DNA of 64,000 nt from Chiloscyllium plagiosum (taxonomy: Eukaryota): the NCBI RefSeq assembly GCF_004010195.1, contig NC_057711.1, forward strand, positions 79,270,866 to 79,334,865. Direction: 5' to 3'. A model generated the notes under the pieces. That model saw nothing but the letters and a program-made list of their open reading frames with translations, was not told the origin of the DNA and ran no database searches. The position numbers and the translations under genes are program-made. This document shows positions 24,871 through 37,825 of the stretch, piece by piece (position 1 is the stretch's first letter; every line of letters begins with the position of its first letter).

Positions 24871-26060
24871 TTAAGGTTCAACTGAACCAACGTGGAGAAT
24901 ATCAGAAGTGGAACGGTCCTTAGTAATGAGAACAGCCACCATTTGCATCACCCATGGATGATAGTTTAGCATATTGAGACATTCCAACAAAGAGGGCCAT
25001 GGGATATCTGCACATGGACCTTTGAGATAAGGGACTTTATTCTGTTATATGCAGCACAAGGCATACCACATAAATATAAAAGGAGATTGTAAGTGCAGTA
25101 ACATTACTGATACCTTGTCTGCATGAGCCTCCAAGGTCGTGTGCTTCAGCAACCACCATAGCCAGAGGTTAATGCTGCATATGGTGTCAGTACACCCATC
25201 ATGTGTGTGAGCCCACAGAGCAGTTCTGTGCACATGCAAACAGGCAGCACAGGAAATGTTTCTTGCTGCTCACTAGCAAGATTCTTGCCTCATCATTCAA
25301 ATTTTGGCTGCAAAATTGGATTGTTTTTCTCAATATCAAGAATTTTTTTTCATATTTCCATAAGATCATAATATAGGAGCAGAATTAGGCCAATCAGCCC
25401 ATCAAGTCTGCTCTGTCATTCGATCATGGCTGATATATTCTTGCCTTCTCCCTTAGATCACCTTATTAATTAAGAAACTAAGCCAGTCCCCATGCATGTC
25501 CATCTGCCACAGTGAAGGCCTCCATTTCTTCCTCTCCCATTGATCCAACCAATCTCTCTCCACCGACACACTCATTTGATTGGCAGAACTGGTCCTCACT
25601 TTCAACAATATCTCCTTCAAACCCTTCACTTCCTTCATACCAAAGGAGTGGCAATGGGCACTTGCATGGGCCCCAGCTATGCCTGCCTTTTCACCAGATA
25701 TATGGAACAGTCCATCTTCTGCAGTGACACCAGCATTAGCCCCCACCTTTTCCTCCGCTACATCGATGACAGTATCAGCGCCACTTCATGCTCCTACAAG
25801 AAGGTTGAACAGTTCATTAACTTCACAAACACTTTCAACCCTGATCTCACGTTCACCTGGACCATCTCAGACATCTCCCTCCCCTTCCTGGACCTCTCCC
25901 TGTCCATCTCCGGTGACCGACTCAACACAGACACCTACTTCAAACCCACCGACTCCCATAACTACCTGGACTACACCTCCTCCCATCCCATCCTGTAAAA
26001 ATGCTATCCCTGACTCCCAATTCATCCCCATCTGCCATATCTGCTCCCAGGAGAAGCAAT

Positions 26061-27017
26061 TTATTGTTTTGCCAATATCAAAACAATGAGACGATCTGAT
26101 GTTGGGGGTATAAAAATGCTGCCATTTTGAAGTTTGGAGAGAGAGCAACTGCCATCAAGATAGAAACGCCTGGAGATCTAACATGTTGCTCTCCTAGAAA
26201 TTAAGAAATACTCTTTATCAAAGGTATCTTTTTATGTGAAACATACTCACAGTAAAAAGAAGAGAGGGAGATCCTAACCCAGAAGAAGAAAGACATAGAA
26301 GGTGACAGCGGCTGTCTGGTTTTGAAATTAAATTGATGTAATTTTAACAAGTGTCTTTTTGGAAAGCATATTGTTATTGAGTTGGAGGCAGATAGTAAAC
26401 AGTTAAGAAAAAGGTGGTGGGGATGCTTAGAGTTGTGAATAGTTGTGTAATGTTCACTTATAGAGTCAAAAAATAAATTAATGGAATTTTCTTTAAATAG
26501 TGGAATTTGGGGTCCGAAAGGCTAATAGCATTGTAGAAGACCCCACATTCCCCTCACTCAAACTCTTCTCCCTCCTGCCATCTGGCAGAAAATACCAGAG
26601 TATTCAGTCTCTCACGGCCAGACTGGGGGGGGGGGGGGGAGTGGAAATAGACAGGGAGCCAGGGGTCTTGCGCAGTGTGCTGCTGCCTAGACTCCTAAAC
26701 AGGGAGTGGACTTAGCACGTGCTCGCTGTGTCAATCCCAACTGAACTGATGGGAGGGGGTTGTGGCGGGAGGCTTCAGTAATGCTGCAGGTCCCTTACAC
26801 ACAAATGTGTCTCTGCTCAGAAACAAACCCTGAGACAGAGAGAGAGAGCAAGGCAGGCAGAGCAAGGAAAAAAGAAACTTCAGAAAACTTCGAGCCCCAG
26901 AGGAGAGGCATTGAATCAATTAACCAAATAATCAATTATCCAAACGAAATACTACCCACGCATTTTGTTCGGATAATCGAGGTTCCTCTGTATATGGTAG
27001 AAATGAAAAATGATAGC

Positions 27018-27054
<37 letters not shown>

Positions 27055-27084
27055 TCATATTTTAACAGATTATGAAATAAGGTG
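26061..27084. mobile_element. Composite insert: LTR-like segment, short Rex1-like piece (26515-26624), poly-G, unclassified repeat, CT/CA microsatellite
   Basis: TATA-like 'gtataaaaa' near 26108 and AATAAA near 26472; 'ANSIVEDPTFPSLKLFSLLPSGRKY' is Rex1-like; G-run about 26624-26639; (ct)n(ca)n 27019-27053. Confidence 0.45.
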
Positions 27085-27923
27085 AACAATTCCACTCCCC
27101 TTGTTAGGTCCACCTCACCAACCCAGCCTTCACCCCCAGCACATTCCCTTGCCACTGCGGGAGGTGTAAAACCTGCGCCCACACCTTCCCCCTCACTTCT
27201 GTCCAAGGTCCCAAAGGATCATTCCACATTCAGCAGAGATTTTCCTGCACATCCAAATACCTTACCTATCCGTTGCTCGCGATGTGGTCTCCTCTATATT
27301 AGGGGGACAGGACACCAACTTGCGGAACATTTCAGGGAACTTCTCTGGAACACACGCACTGCCCTGTGGCTGACCACTTCAACGCTCCCTCCCACTCCGC
27401 CAAGGATATGCAAGTCCTGGGCCTCCTCCACTGCCAAATCCAAGCCACTCAATGTCTGGAGGAAGAACACTTCATTTTCTGCGTTGGGACCCTCCAACTA
27501 TGTGATATCAATGATTTCGCCAGGGTCCAAATCTCCTTCCCCTCCACCTCAACCCTGATCCAACCCTCCAACTCAGCACCATCCTGTTGACCTGCCCTAC
27601 CTGTGCATCTTCCTATTTCGCTCCCCCCTCCCCTCCAATCTATCACCATCACCTCCCCATTACCCCAATCTATCACCTTCCCAGTTACCTTGCCCCACCC
27701 TGACTCCCACCCCCACCCTGCTATTTATCTCTCAGCCCCCTTCCCCTCCATGCATCCACATTCCTGATGAAGGGCTTATGCCCGAAATGTCAATCTTTTG
27801 CTCCACAGATGATGCCTGGCTTGCTGTGCTTTTCCAGCACCACAAACTTTGACCAAGAAACTATCTAGATTAGAGTGGTGCTGGAAAAGCACAGCAGTTC
27901 AGGCAGCATCCAAGGAGCAGTAA

Positions 27924-27959
27924 AATCGACGTTTCGGGCAAAAGCCCTTCATCAGGAAT
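27924..27959 (-). ncRNA. Minimal hammerhead ribozyme motif, intact core
   Basis: attc-CTGATGA-a-gggc-tttt-gccc-GAAAC-GTC-gatt on the minus strand; stem I short with one mismatch. Confidence 0.7.
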
Positions 27960-28870
27960 ACAGGCAGAGCCTTCTGCAGCAATAAGTTCCACAGATTTAC
28001 CACCCTCTGACTGAAGAAATCCTTCCTCATCTCAATTCCAAAGAGTCGTCCCTTCACCCTGAGGCTGTGCTCTCGGGTCCCAGTTTCTTTATAGAAATAT
28101 CTTTTCCACGCCCATTCTATCCAGGTTCTCAGTATTTGGTAAGTTTCAATCATATAGCCTTGTTCATCCTTCTAAACTCTATCAAGTACAGATCCAGAGT
28201 CCTCAACCACTCCTTGTGTGACAAGCTCTTTATCCTTGGGATCAATCTGCTAAACCTCCTCTGGATCCGCTCCAACACTAACACACCCTTCCTTAGATAT
28301 AGGCCCAAAACTGCTGACAATATTCCAAATATGTTCTGATCTGAGCCTTATAACTTCTTAGCTGCCAACTGACCCTGTATGTTAAGCTGAAGAGAATCCT
28401 GAACTAGGACTCCAAAGTCTCTTTATGCTTCATATTCCTAAAGCCTTTCCTCATTTAGAAAACAGTCTGTACCTCTAATCTTCCTACTAAAGTACATAAC
28501 CTCACAGTTTCCCACATTGTTTTCCATCTGCCATTTCTTTGCCCATTCTCCTAACCTGTCCAGGTTCTTCTGCAGCCTCTTCACCTCCTGAACACTACCT
28601 ATTTCTCCTCTTATCTTTGTATAACCTGCAAACCTTGCACCAATGCCTTCAGTTCCTTCGTCCAGATCATTAATGTATAATGTGAATCGTTGTGATGCCA
28701 ACACTGTCCCCAGCGGGATGCCACTAGTCATTGGCTGCTTTACTGAAAACAACTGCTTTATCCCTACTCTCTGCCCTCTTGCCAACCAGCCAATGTTCTA
28801 TCCATATCAGTATCATATCCCCTCATGCCACGGTCTCATCTCATTTAGCAGCCTCCTGTGAGGCAACCTG

Positions 28871-29172
28871 TCATAAAATCATAGAATCCCTACAGCCCAT
28901 CCAGTCTTCACAGACCCTCCAAAACCCTCCACCCCATCCCTGTAATCCTATATGGGGGTTTTACCATGGCTAACCCACTTAACCAACACATCTCTGGATA
29001 CTGCAGCACAATGTTTAGCATGGCCATATAAACTGCACATTTTTAACTGTGGGAGGAAACAGGAGTATCTGGAGGAAACCCACACAGAGACAGAATGTGC
29101 GAAGTTCAAATACATAGCCACCCAAGGCTGGAGTCAAACCCAGTTCCCTGGAACTGTGAGACAACAGTGCTA
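28871..29172 (-). mobile_element. HE1/V-SINE-type SINE, diverged and head-truncated
   Basis: 'catagaatccctacag' tail and 'gggaggaaacaggagtatctggaggaaacccacacagagac' body. Confidence 0.8.
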
Positions 29173-29249
29173 CCTTATAATTGTATCCTTGATTCCCACT
29201 GTGAGGAGCTTCTTCCTATGTTATCTGCCGCATATTTTCCCCTAATCAA

Positions 29250-29333
29250 CCTGTTCACAGCTGTTATTAAACACTGGAGAAGGTGGGACTTGAATCTGGG
29301 TCCAGAGGTTGGGACACTACCATTGCACCACAT
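29250..29333 (-). mobile_element. tRNA-like SINE head of a different family
   Basis: Minus strand has A-box TGGTGCAATGG and B-box-like GATTCAAGTCCC. Confidence 0.6.
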
Positions 29334-30579
29334 GAATTCAAATTATCACATCCACTGGTTCTCCTTTGTCTAACTTGCTCATTATCTCCTCAAAGAGTTC
29401 CATCAGATATTTCAGGCATGACCTCCCCTTGTTGAAGCCATGAAGCGCAGTCCTATTTCAGCATGCACTTCTAAGTTTTCTGCAATTGTATCCTTATTAA
29501 TGGAGTCTGAAATCCGACAACAACCAAAGTTGTCTTAGGTAGCCTTAACTCACCTATAGCCAAGTAGCCTTAAATCAGGTATATTTTCCCATCTTCTGCC
29601 TCTCTCCCTTCTTAAACAGGAATGTTAAAATAAACATTTTACAGTCCTGTTGGACCTTTCCTGACTTCAGTGATTCCTGAAATATCACCACAAATGCCTC
29701 CACAACCTCTTCAGCTACCTCCTACAGAACACTAGTGTGTAGTCCATCAGGTCCAGGTGATTTATCCACCTTCAGACCTTTCAGCCTTCCCAACATCTTC
29801 TCCTAAGTAATGGTCACTGCATTCACCTCTGCTCCTGACTCAGTTGGAGTTCTGGTATACTACTGGTGTCTTCCACTGTGAAGATTGATACAAAGTACCT
29901 CTTTGGTTCCTTCATCACTTCTTTGTTTCCGTTAGTACTTTTCCAGCTTTATTTTCCAGCAAAGTCCACTCTTGCCTCTCTCTTATCTTTGATACATCTA
30001 AAAAAACGCTGTAATCTTCTTTTATATTATGAGGTAGCTTACCTTCATATTTCATCTTCTCTACCCTTATAGCTTTCTTATTTAAAGACATTTAAAAGGT
30101 TTTTTAAAGGCTTCCCAATCCTCTGGCCTCTCAGTAATCCACACCACATTGTATGCTGTTTCTTTTGCTTTTATGCTGTCACTGCCTTCCCTTGTCAGCC
30201 ATGGTTGCCACAACTTGCCCCTAGTACGTTTCTTCTTCCTTGGGATGATTTTGTGCTGTCTCTCCTGAATTATCCCCAGAAACTCCTGCCATTGCTGATC
30301 CACCATCTTCCCTGCTAGGCTTGCCTTCCAATCAACTCCTGCCAGCTCCTCCCTCATGTCTTTGTAGCTAAATTTACTCAATTGTAATATCATTCTGATT
30401 CCTGCTTCTCCTTCTCAAACTGAATTCTATCATAATTTCCCAGCCCGCTAGGGGTTCCTTCAACTTAAGCTCCCTCATCAAGTCTGCCTCATTACACTTT
30501 GCCAAATTCGGACTTGCCTGTTCCCTAGTTGGCTATGTCACAAGCTTCTCCAAAAATACATCTTTTAGGCTTTCCACAA

Positions 30580-30810
30580 AATACTTTTAAGAGCATAAGA
30601 AATAGGAGCAGGAGTAGGACCCTCGGCCCCTCAGTCCCTCAAGTCTACTCCACAGTGTACAAAATCCCATGCAAGGACTGCACAAAACACTACATAGGAC
30701 AAACAGGAAGACAGCTAACGATCCGCATCCATGAACAATACTTTTAAGAGCATAAGAAATAGGAGCAGGAGTAGGACCCTCAGCCCCTCAGTCCCTCAAG
30801 TCTACTCCAC
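30580..30810 (+). repeat. 74-bp direct duplication flanking an 83-bp Penelope GIY-YIG fragment
   Basis: 30580-30653 equals 30737-30810 with one mismatch; insert 30654-30736 encodes VYKIPCKDCTKHYIGQTGRQLTIRIHE. Confidence 0.9.
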
Positions 30811-31212
30811 CATTTAACAGGATCATGGCTGTTCCAACATTTCTCACATCTACTTTACAGCTTTTTCCCAGTAGCCCTTGATTCCTCTTCTGATCAGCAT
30901 TAAATATACACAAGGACTCTCCCACCACAGCTCTCTGTGGCAAGGAGTTCTAAAGACTCACAACTCCCTGAGAGAAGAATTTCCTCCTCATCTCACCCCT
31001 TTTGTTGAATTTGCTATCAACGACGTCTGCGTGTGTGGTTACTAAGGATAGCTGGTCGTGTCGTTTCGTGGCTAGTTGGTGTTCATGGATGCGGATCGTT
31101 AGCTGTCTTCCTGTTTGTCCTATGTAGTGTTTTGTGCAGTCCTTGCATGGGATTTTGTACACTACATTGGTTTTGCTCATGCTGGGTATCAGGTCCTTCA
31201 TCCTGGTGAGTT

Positions 31213-31340
31213 NNNNNNNNNNNNNNNNNNNNNNNNNNNNNNNNNNNNNNNNNNNNNNNNNNNNNNNNNNNNNNNNNNNNNNNNNNNNNNNNNNNNNNNN
31301 NNNNNNNNNNNNNNNNNNNNNNNNNNNNNNNNNNNNNNNN
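31213..31340. other. Assembly gap (N run)
   Basis: 128 consecutive n characters. Confidence 0.99.
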
Positions 31341-31355
31341 ACAGGAGGCTCCCAA

Positions 31356-31395
31356 GCACTGAGGATGTCACCTAGACAGGGGACGAAACGTCTGC
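31356..31395 (+). ncRNA. Minimal type I hammerhead ribozyme motif, intact
   Basis: gca-CTGAGGA-t-gtcacc-tagaca-ggggac-GAAAC-GTC-tgc: stem I gca/tgc, palindromic ACGT stem III, GUC cleavage triplet. Confidence 0.8.
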
Positions 31396-32599
31396 AACAC
31401 AAATTCCAAGCTTGGCGAACAGAACCACATCTACACACAACACACAGTCTCTATATTTTCTGATCCTATATCACTTTCTTCTATTAATTTAATTTCATTT
31501 CTTACAAACAACGCAACCCTGCCTCTGACCATCTGCCTGTTCTTTCGATAGGATGTGTATCCTTGGATGTTCAGTTAACAGACCTGATCTCCTTGCAGCT
31601 ATGTCTCTGTGATACCTACAACATTGTATTTGCCCATTTCAATCTGCACTACGAACTCATTTACCTTTTTACATATATTGCCTGCATTTTTGTCAAAGAC
31701 CCCATTTGTCCTGGATCCCTCAGTCTCTCTATATTTTCCCAACCTACTCACTATTGTCCACATCATTCAGGGTGGGGAGATTTCACCCCTTAATATTATG
31801 GAACATGTGACACTCAGAAAGTAATATGGACACTGAACATTGACAGTTCAAGAAGGTGATTATCATGTCATTCTGTCATTATGTCTGCAGGTAATAATAT
31901 GAATACATTACACTGTTCCCCTTTTTAAAAGATTGTTGCTTTATTTTATTTCTTTCTTGATATATATTTGAAAATCTCATTTAACAACTTGTTTACAAAG
32001 TCTTCCTGATTTCATTTGAGTTATTATCATAGTGGTGGCTTTTGGACTATTTTGTTTTAGCTCATTATCCACAAGGGTTCCTACTTCTTTTCCAAATTGG
32101 AACTCGAGACATTGAAATCTGACCAGGTTCATACTCTAGTTTGCTTATTTTGCATTTCTTCTTGCTTACTTCCTCCCTTAGGGAATAGTGTGGAGTGTTG
32201 GAAGGATTTTGGAGGCCACATTAGCATTCCTTATGTGCTCAACAAGCCCTGGAGTGGCAGATTCCGTGGCAGGAATGCTATCAACTCAGCTGCTCAGGCT
32301 CCTGCATACTCTGCTTTGAACTTATGGTCAACTGAATTATGTTCATGTTTTGGTTTATCTTTTGCTGGAATCATGTGACCTATATGGACAGTCCTCACTT
32401 CCCTCACAATTTCAACCAAATCTCTTTTGTGGTCACACATCTATGATGTTTACCAAATTTCTCAAAACACAAAATGCTAGTGTTGCCTGAAACTGTACTC
32501 TCATTTGTGTGCTATCTCTTGTGGGTCGTGGCTGAATTATGTGCATCCAACATTAATTGTCAAGTTTGGCAGAACCTTACTGAAATATATCCTTCAAAG

Positions 32600-32772
32600 T
32601 GAAACAATGTAGATGCTGGAAATCTGAAGTAAATCAATGCTGGAGAAGCTAAGTGAGTCTGGCAGCATCTCTGGAGAGAAACAGAGTTAATATTTCGAAG
32701 ACTTAAAATATTGTATCTGTTTCTCTCACCACAGATGCTACCAGGCCTGCTGAGTTTCTCCAGAACTTTTGG
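32600..32772. mobile_element. Old fold-back Penelope-terminus unit
   Basis: 'tgctggagaagct...ggcagcatctctggagagaaacaga' followed by the inverse 'tctgtttctctcaccacagatgctacc...ttctccag'. Confidence 0.6.
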
Positions 32773-33411
32773 ACTTTATGAAACATTTCTGAAAACAAGT
32801 CTCTAACAGAAGCAAAGAGTGGGAGGTTTCCTACTCTTCAGGGAAAAAAAACGAGCAAGTTTTGCAGCATTTGTTTTGAGTGCTTCTTTAACCATAATAA
32901 CAGATATTTCAGCAGCTGTATTTATGTTGGACAGTAAGGTGAAGTAAGGGTGTGTTTGATACTGTTCTGCTTCATGGAAGTTTTGAACAGAACAGAACAA
33001 AATTAAATTTCCTGATTTGATATGCTCCTCTAAAAATCCATGGCAAGCACGAGTAGACTGTATCTTGTCTACTATGTGTTCTGTATTGGTGTTTCATCCA
33101 TGAGGAAGTGCGCCATGGGGGTAAATATCCAACCTTGATCAAATTGAATGCTGGAGCTGTCTTGACAGGCTGAATGGTGTGCTCCTGTTCCTATTTTCCT
33201 ATGTTCCAATAACTAGTGAGTCCAGATCATTATCAAAACAAGGGAAATCTGCACAACCTCTTTTTCCCAAAGTTCCAAAACAACGCAACAGCTTATAAAA
33301 CAGTAATTATTAGTCCTAGAATTCCAGGAAATCAGCTCCAGCACTGAAAATACTTCAAACAATGATCAGCTCTGACAGCCACAATTTTGTCTTGTCAACT
33401 ATCTTGGATTA

Positions 33412-33768
33412 GGAGAAAATGAGGTCTGCAGATGCTGGAGATCAGAGTCGAGAGTATAATGCTGGAAAGCACAGCAGGTCAGGCAGCATCCGAGTAGCAG
33501 GAGAATCGACATTTCGGGCATAAGCCCTTCACCATTCTTGCTGCCTGACCTACTGTGCTTTTCCAGCATCACACTCGCAACTCTGATCTCCAGCATCTGC
33601 AGTCCTCACTTTCTCCTAATCTAAGATGGAGTCTAGACTGTAGTGCTGGAAAAGCTAAGCAGGTCAGGCAGCATCTGAGGAGCAGGAGAATTGATGTTTC
33701 AGGCATAGCCCTTCATCATTCCTGCTGCCTAACCTGCTGTGCTTTTCCGGCACCGCACTCTAGACTCC
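33412..33768. mobile_element. Double fold-back Penelope-terminus unit with 11-bp TSD and internal inverted target copy
   Basis: atcttggatta at 33401-33411 and 33769-33779; taatctaagat at 33617-33627. Confidence 0.85.
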
Positions 33769-33787
33769 ATCTTGGATTACCCAGAAT

Positions 33788-34338
33788 TGCTTGGAATACT
33801 GCACTCAATTCTGGTCTCTTCCCTATTGGAAGGATATTGTGAAACTTGAAATGGTTGAGAAAAGACTTAAAAGGATGTTGCCAGGCTTGGAGGATTTGAG
33901 CTATAGGGAGAGGCTGAATAGGCTGGGGTTGTTTTCCCTGGAGCGTTGGAGGTGGAGGGATGACCTTTTAGATGTTTATAAAATCATGAGGGGCATGCAT
34001 AGGGTAAATAACCAAAGTCATTTCCCCAGGATGGGGGAGTCCAAAGCTAGAAAGCATAGGTTTAAGGTGAGAGGAGTAAGATTTAAAAGGGACCTAAGGG
34101 GCAACTTTTTCACACAGAGGGTGGTGAGTTATGAAATGAGCTGTCAGAGGAAGTGGTGGAGGCTGGTACGATTGCAACATTTGAAAGACAACTGGATGAA
34201 TATGAATAGGAAGGGTTTAGAGGAGTGTGGGCTAGATACTAGTAAATAGTACCAAATTAATTTAGGATATCTGGTTGGCATGGACCAGTTGAAGCGATGA
34301 GTCTGTTTCCATGCTGTACAACTCTATGACTCTATGTC
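33788..34338 (+). mobile_element. CR1-type LINE 3' end
   Basis: ORF 33791..34249 'EYCTQFWS...LSYRERLNRLGLFSLE...RGNFFTQRVV'; tail 'ctctatgactctatg'. Confidence 0.92.
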
Positions 34339-35254
34339 TCTTGCTTAGTTGTCATACTAACTATTCCTAAGTGTTTCATTTGAAGCTTTGCCAAAATTCT
34401 CGAGCCACGTGCCACCCCTCTGTGACTGTGTGAGCCAGCCTTGCTCACATGAAAACTCGTTACAATTACAGAAAGGTTTCAGTTCATCATCTTACACTGA
34501 TCAAATTTTGTCCAACTATTCAATGTCTGTTCCTCAATAGTTTTCAAGTCTTTCTGAGTTCTGTGTCATTTTCAGTTGCTGAGGTTGGAAGATACTTATC
34601 TATAATGGATTCCATGAAAGTGTGATGGAGACAGGTTCGATTGAGGCTTTCAGGAGGGAATTAAAATGTGAAAAGGAAGAATGTGCACAGTTACAGGGGG
34701 AATACGGGATGGAGGCATGAGGTGAGTTTCTCCAGAGAGCGAGCACAGGCATGATGAGCGGAATGGCCTACATCTGTGATCAAATAATTCTGTGACTCTT
34801 TGATACTACGATACTACCCCTACATGAGGACGGCACCACAGCATACTACTCATAATTTCCAGGTTACTGCATAAAACATTTGCACAACAGAAATTTGTGA
34901 TTTGTTTTAAATTCTGAAGATGATTCTATTAACTCCTTTTTCTATTGATACAGAGTTTTGGTCATTCTTGGAAAGAGTATGCAACATGGGCTTCTTTTCA
35001 CTATTATCCATAACTGACTACTCCTCCAAATCCATAGTTTGAAAGGTTATGTTCAGAATCTTCCCAGATTCTGAATGACATGGGCTATGGTGTGAAATTT
35101 ATAAGAATCACGTCAGCAGTTGAGTGTGACCTTTCTCGAGAGCAACAAGGCACATTTTCCAACTGAGTTTCAAATGTCAAGATGAGATTTTTGCTTGTGA
35201 GTTACAAGAAGCCTATTTATCAGGATCATTACTCACGATCACCCTCTTTATTAC

Positions 35255-35510
35255 TAGTTTTGAGTTAATATTATCACACGTACCGCGGTACAGTGAAAAG
35301 TACTGTATTGCGTGCAATTCAGACAAATCATACCTTACATCAGAGCAATAGAACAGAATGCAGAATGTTGTATCACAGTGACAGAGAAGGTGCAAAGAGA
35401 CATAAACTTTAATATATGCCCGGTCCATTCTATCTTCTGTCTGATGGAAGAGAGTATAACAGGGGTGGGAGGGGTCTTTAATTATGTTGGTTGCTTCCCT
35501 GAAGCATCTC
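35255..35510 (-). mobile_element. Rex1/Babar-type 3' end
   Basis: 'EATNIIKDPSHPCYTLF'; similar to 24497-24870. Confidence 0.7.
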
Positions 35511-36039
35511 ATTAATTTTACCTCATTAACATGCATTTTCCTATTCTCCCACCCATTGGTTAGAAACTAGACACCAACCATTCCTAACATGAAACTCCAG
35601 CTTGCCAATTGCATCTCCGGACATCCGTCTCAGGCAAACTCCATGGGCAGTGACTGCACGTGTCCATAGATGTTGCCATCTGAAACATGCCAGCCTCACG
35701 ACATTCTGACACTTACAGTGCACTTCTGCACTTCATTGCTGCAGCTTGGAGCACATCGACAACTACTGTTGGAATGCTATTGCTTGGACACTCTGTGTGC
35801 AGGGACAGAGACCTGATTAACTGATTGAACAAGGCTGCATCTCAGAACTGTTCACTTGCTCTCTTAGCTCTCACTCACTTAGTGTCCACCTAAATGCTCA
35901 GAGCAGCCCAGTCTTGCCTTATTTTTCAACACGTTGTCCACCAGACAGAACTAACAGGCTGTTAGGACTTCTGTTTTTGTCTCCCAAGAACATTTTATTC
36001 ACATCCATTGCCTGTACACGACCAAACTTCCTTGAGGAA

Positions 36040-36850
36040 TATAAAAAAAAGCAAAAAAGAAATTAAACTAGGAATTAGAAGAGCTAAAAGAGGCTGTGAA
36101 ATGCCAAACAGGATTAAGGAAAATTCCAAGACCTTTCGTTTTGTTTAGATGAAGCAAGAGGGGAGCAAGAGAAAGGATAGGTCCATTCAAGGTTAAAGAA
36201 GAAAATGTATGCACAGAGTCATGGGATATAAATGAGGTCCTTAACAAATACTTTGTGTCAGAAGTCACAAAGGAGAAGGACATGGTGAATAGTAAGTATC
36301 GAGAGTGATATGTTGTTAATCTAGGGCATGTCAAATAAAAAAGGAGGTGTTACCTGTTTTGAAAAGCATTAAGGTAGACAAGTCCCCAGAAGCTGACAGG
36401 ATCTATCCCAGCATATTGACGGAAAAAATTGCTGGAGCCTTGTATGAAATCCTCGTTAGTCACAGGCGAGCTCCTACAGAATTGGAGAATAGCCAACTTT
36501 GTTCATTTGTTTAAAAAGGGTAAAAGGGATAATCCAGGAAATTGTAGACCAGTGCGCCTTATGACAGTGTTAGGAAAAGTATTGGAGAGGATACTTAGGA
36601 ACCAGGTTTATTCACATTTGGAAAAATATGGACTAAGTAGTGATAGGAATCATGATTTTGTGCAGATGTCATGTCTCACAAACTTGATTGAGTTTTTTGA
36701 GGAAGTGACAAAGATGATTAATGAGGCAGGCCAGTCAATGTTATTTATGTAGAATTTTGGTTGCAGCATATGCTGTGTGTTTGCCACATATGCTGCTGGC
36801 ATGTGGTACAATTGTGAGATTGACAAAGGTAAGGCCTTTATCAAAGTTCT
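36040..36850 (+). mobile_element. CR1-type ORF2 internal fragment
   Basis: ORF 36429..36752 'WRIANFVHLFKKGKRDNPGNCRPV...SCLTNLIEFFEEVTK'. Confidence 0.85.
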
Positions 36851-37146
36851 TCAGGGTGAGAAACAAAAACAGACTATTTGTATCCTGCTAACTCTGCATG
36901 CAAATCTTGGAGGTCGTTACTGAATACTAGTTATTAACCATTGATTGATGGTGATGGTATAGTCTCCACTTACGCTTACAGCCTTATTTGATCTGGGCAT
37001 GACTACAATTAGATTACTACAATTACTGCAATCACAGTAACCAGCTTTCATTAGTGCACCAAATCTCCCAACTTCTTCAGCTCCTCTTCAGGCTTGGTTT
37101 TGACAACAAAAGGAACTGTTTCAGCCTTGCAATACAGCTGCTGCTG

Positions 37147-37825
37147 TCATAGAGTCATAGTCAGAGTCATAGAGGTATATAGCATGGAAACAGACCCCTC
37201 AGTCCAACTTGTCCATGCAAACCAGATATCCTAAACTGATCTAGTCCTATTTGCCAGCATTTGGTCCGTATACCTCTAAACCCTTCTTATTCATATATCC
37301 ATCCGGATGCCTTTTAAATATTGTAATCTTACCAGTATCTACCACTTCCTCTGGCAGCTCATACCACACATGCACCACCCTCTGTGAGCAAAAGTTGTCC
37401 CTTAGGTCTCTTTTAAATCTTTTCCCTCTCACCTTAAACCTGTGCCCTCTACTTTTTGACTCCCCACGTCAAGAAAAAATCTTGGCTATTTAGCCTATCC
37501 ACGCCACTCATGATTTTATAAACCTCTATAAGGCCACCCCTCAGCATCCGAAGCTCTAGAAAAAAGAAATCCATCGTATTCAGCCTCTCCCTATAGCTCA
37601 AAACCTCTAATCCTGGCAACATCCTTGTAAGTCTTTTCTAAACCCTTTCTAGTTTTTCAACATCCTTCCTATAATAGGGAGACCAGAACTGAACGCAATA
37701 TTCCAAAAGTGGCTGAACAAATATCCTGTACAGCCACAACATGACCTCCCAACTCCTATACTCAATGTCTTGGCCAATAAAGGCAGGTATACCAAATGCC
37801 TACTTCACTATCCTATCTACCTCAC
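37147..37825 (-). mobile_element. CR1-type LINE 3' end
   Basis: 'catagagtcatag' tail; ORF 37247 'KRFKRDLRDNFCSQRVVHVWYELPEEVV'. Confidence 0.9.

Larger units (their letters stand above)
25485..27965 (+). mobile_element. Penelope-like element: RT fragment, GIY-YIG fragment and tail-to-tail pLTRs; interrupted at about 26061-27084
   Basis: ORF 25540..25998 'GVAMGTCMGPSYACLF...FLRYIDD...LPFLDL...FKPTDSHNYLDYTSSHP'; 27267 'IRCSRCGLLYI...LAEHFRE'; inverted termini 27760-27850 / 27865-27960. Confidence 0.9.
25360..30570 (-). mobile_element. CR1-type LINE (3' end 25360-25483, body 27965-28870 and 29338-30570) hosting nested insertions
   Basis: ORF 28438..28785 'FTLYINDLDEGTEG...LDRLGEWAKKWQM' and ORF 30082..30393 'MREELAGVDWK...QPWLTRE'; collinear with 4805-6750. 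Confidence 0.8.
31017..31432. mobile_element. Young Penelope-like element spanning an assembly gap (GIY-YIG on minus strand, pLTR on plus strand)
   Basis: 'KTNVVYKIPCKDCTKHYIGQTGRQLTIRIHEHQLATKRHDQLSLV' without stops; intact hammerhead right of the gap. Confidence 0.85.

Noticed and set aside
30950..31463. ORFs spanning the X run
   Set aside because: Artefacts of translating across the N gap; the two sides are in opposite element orientations.
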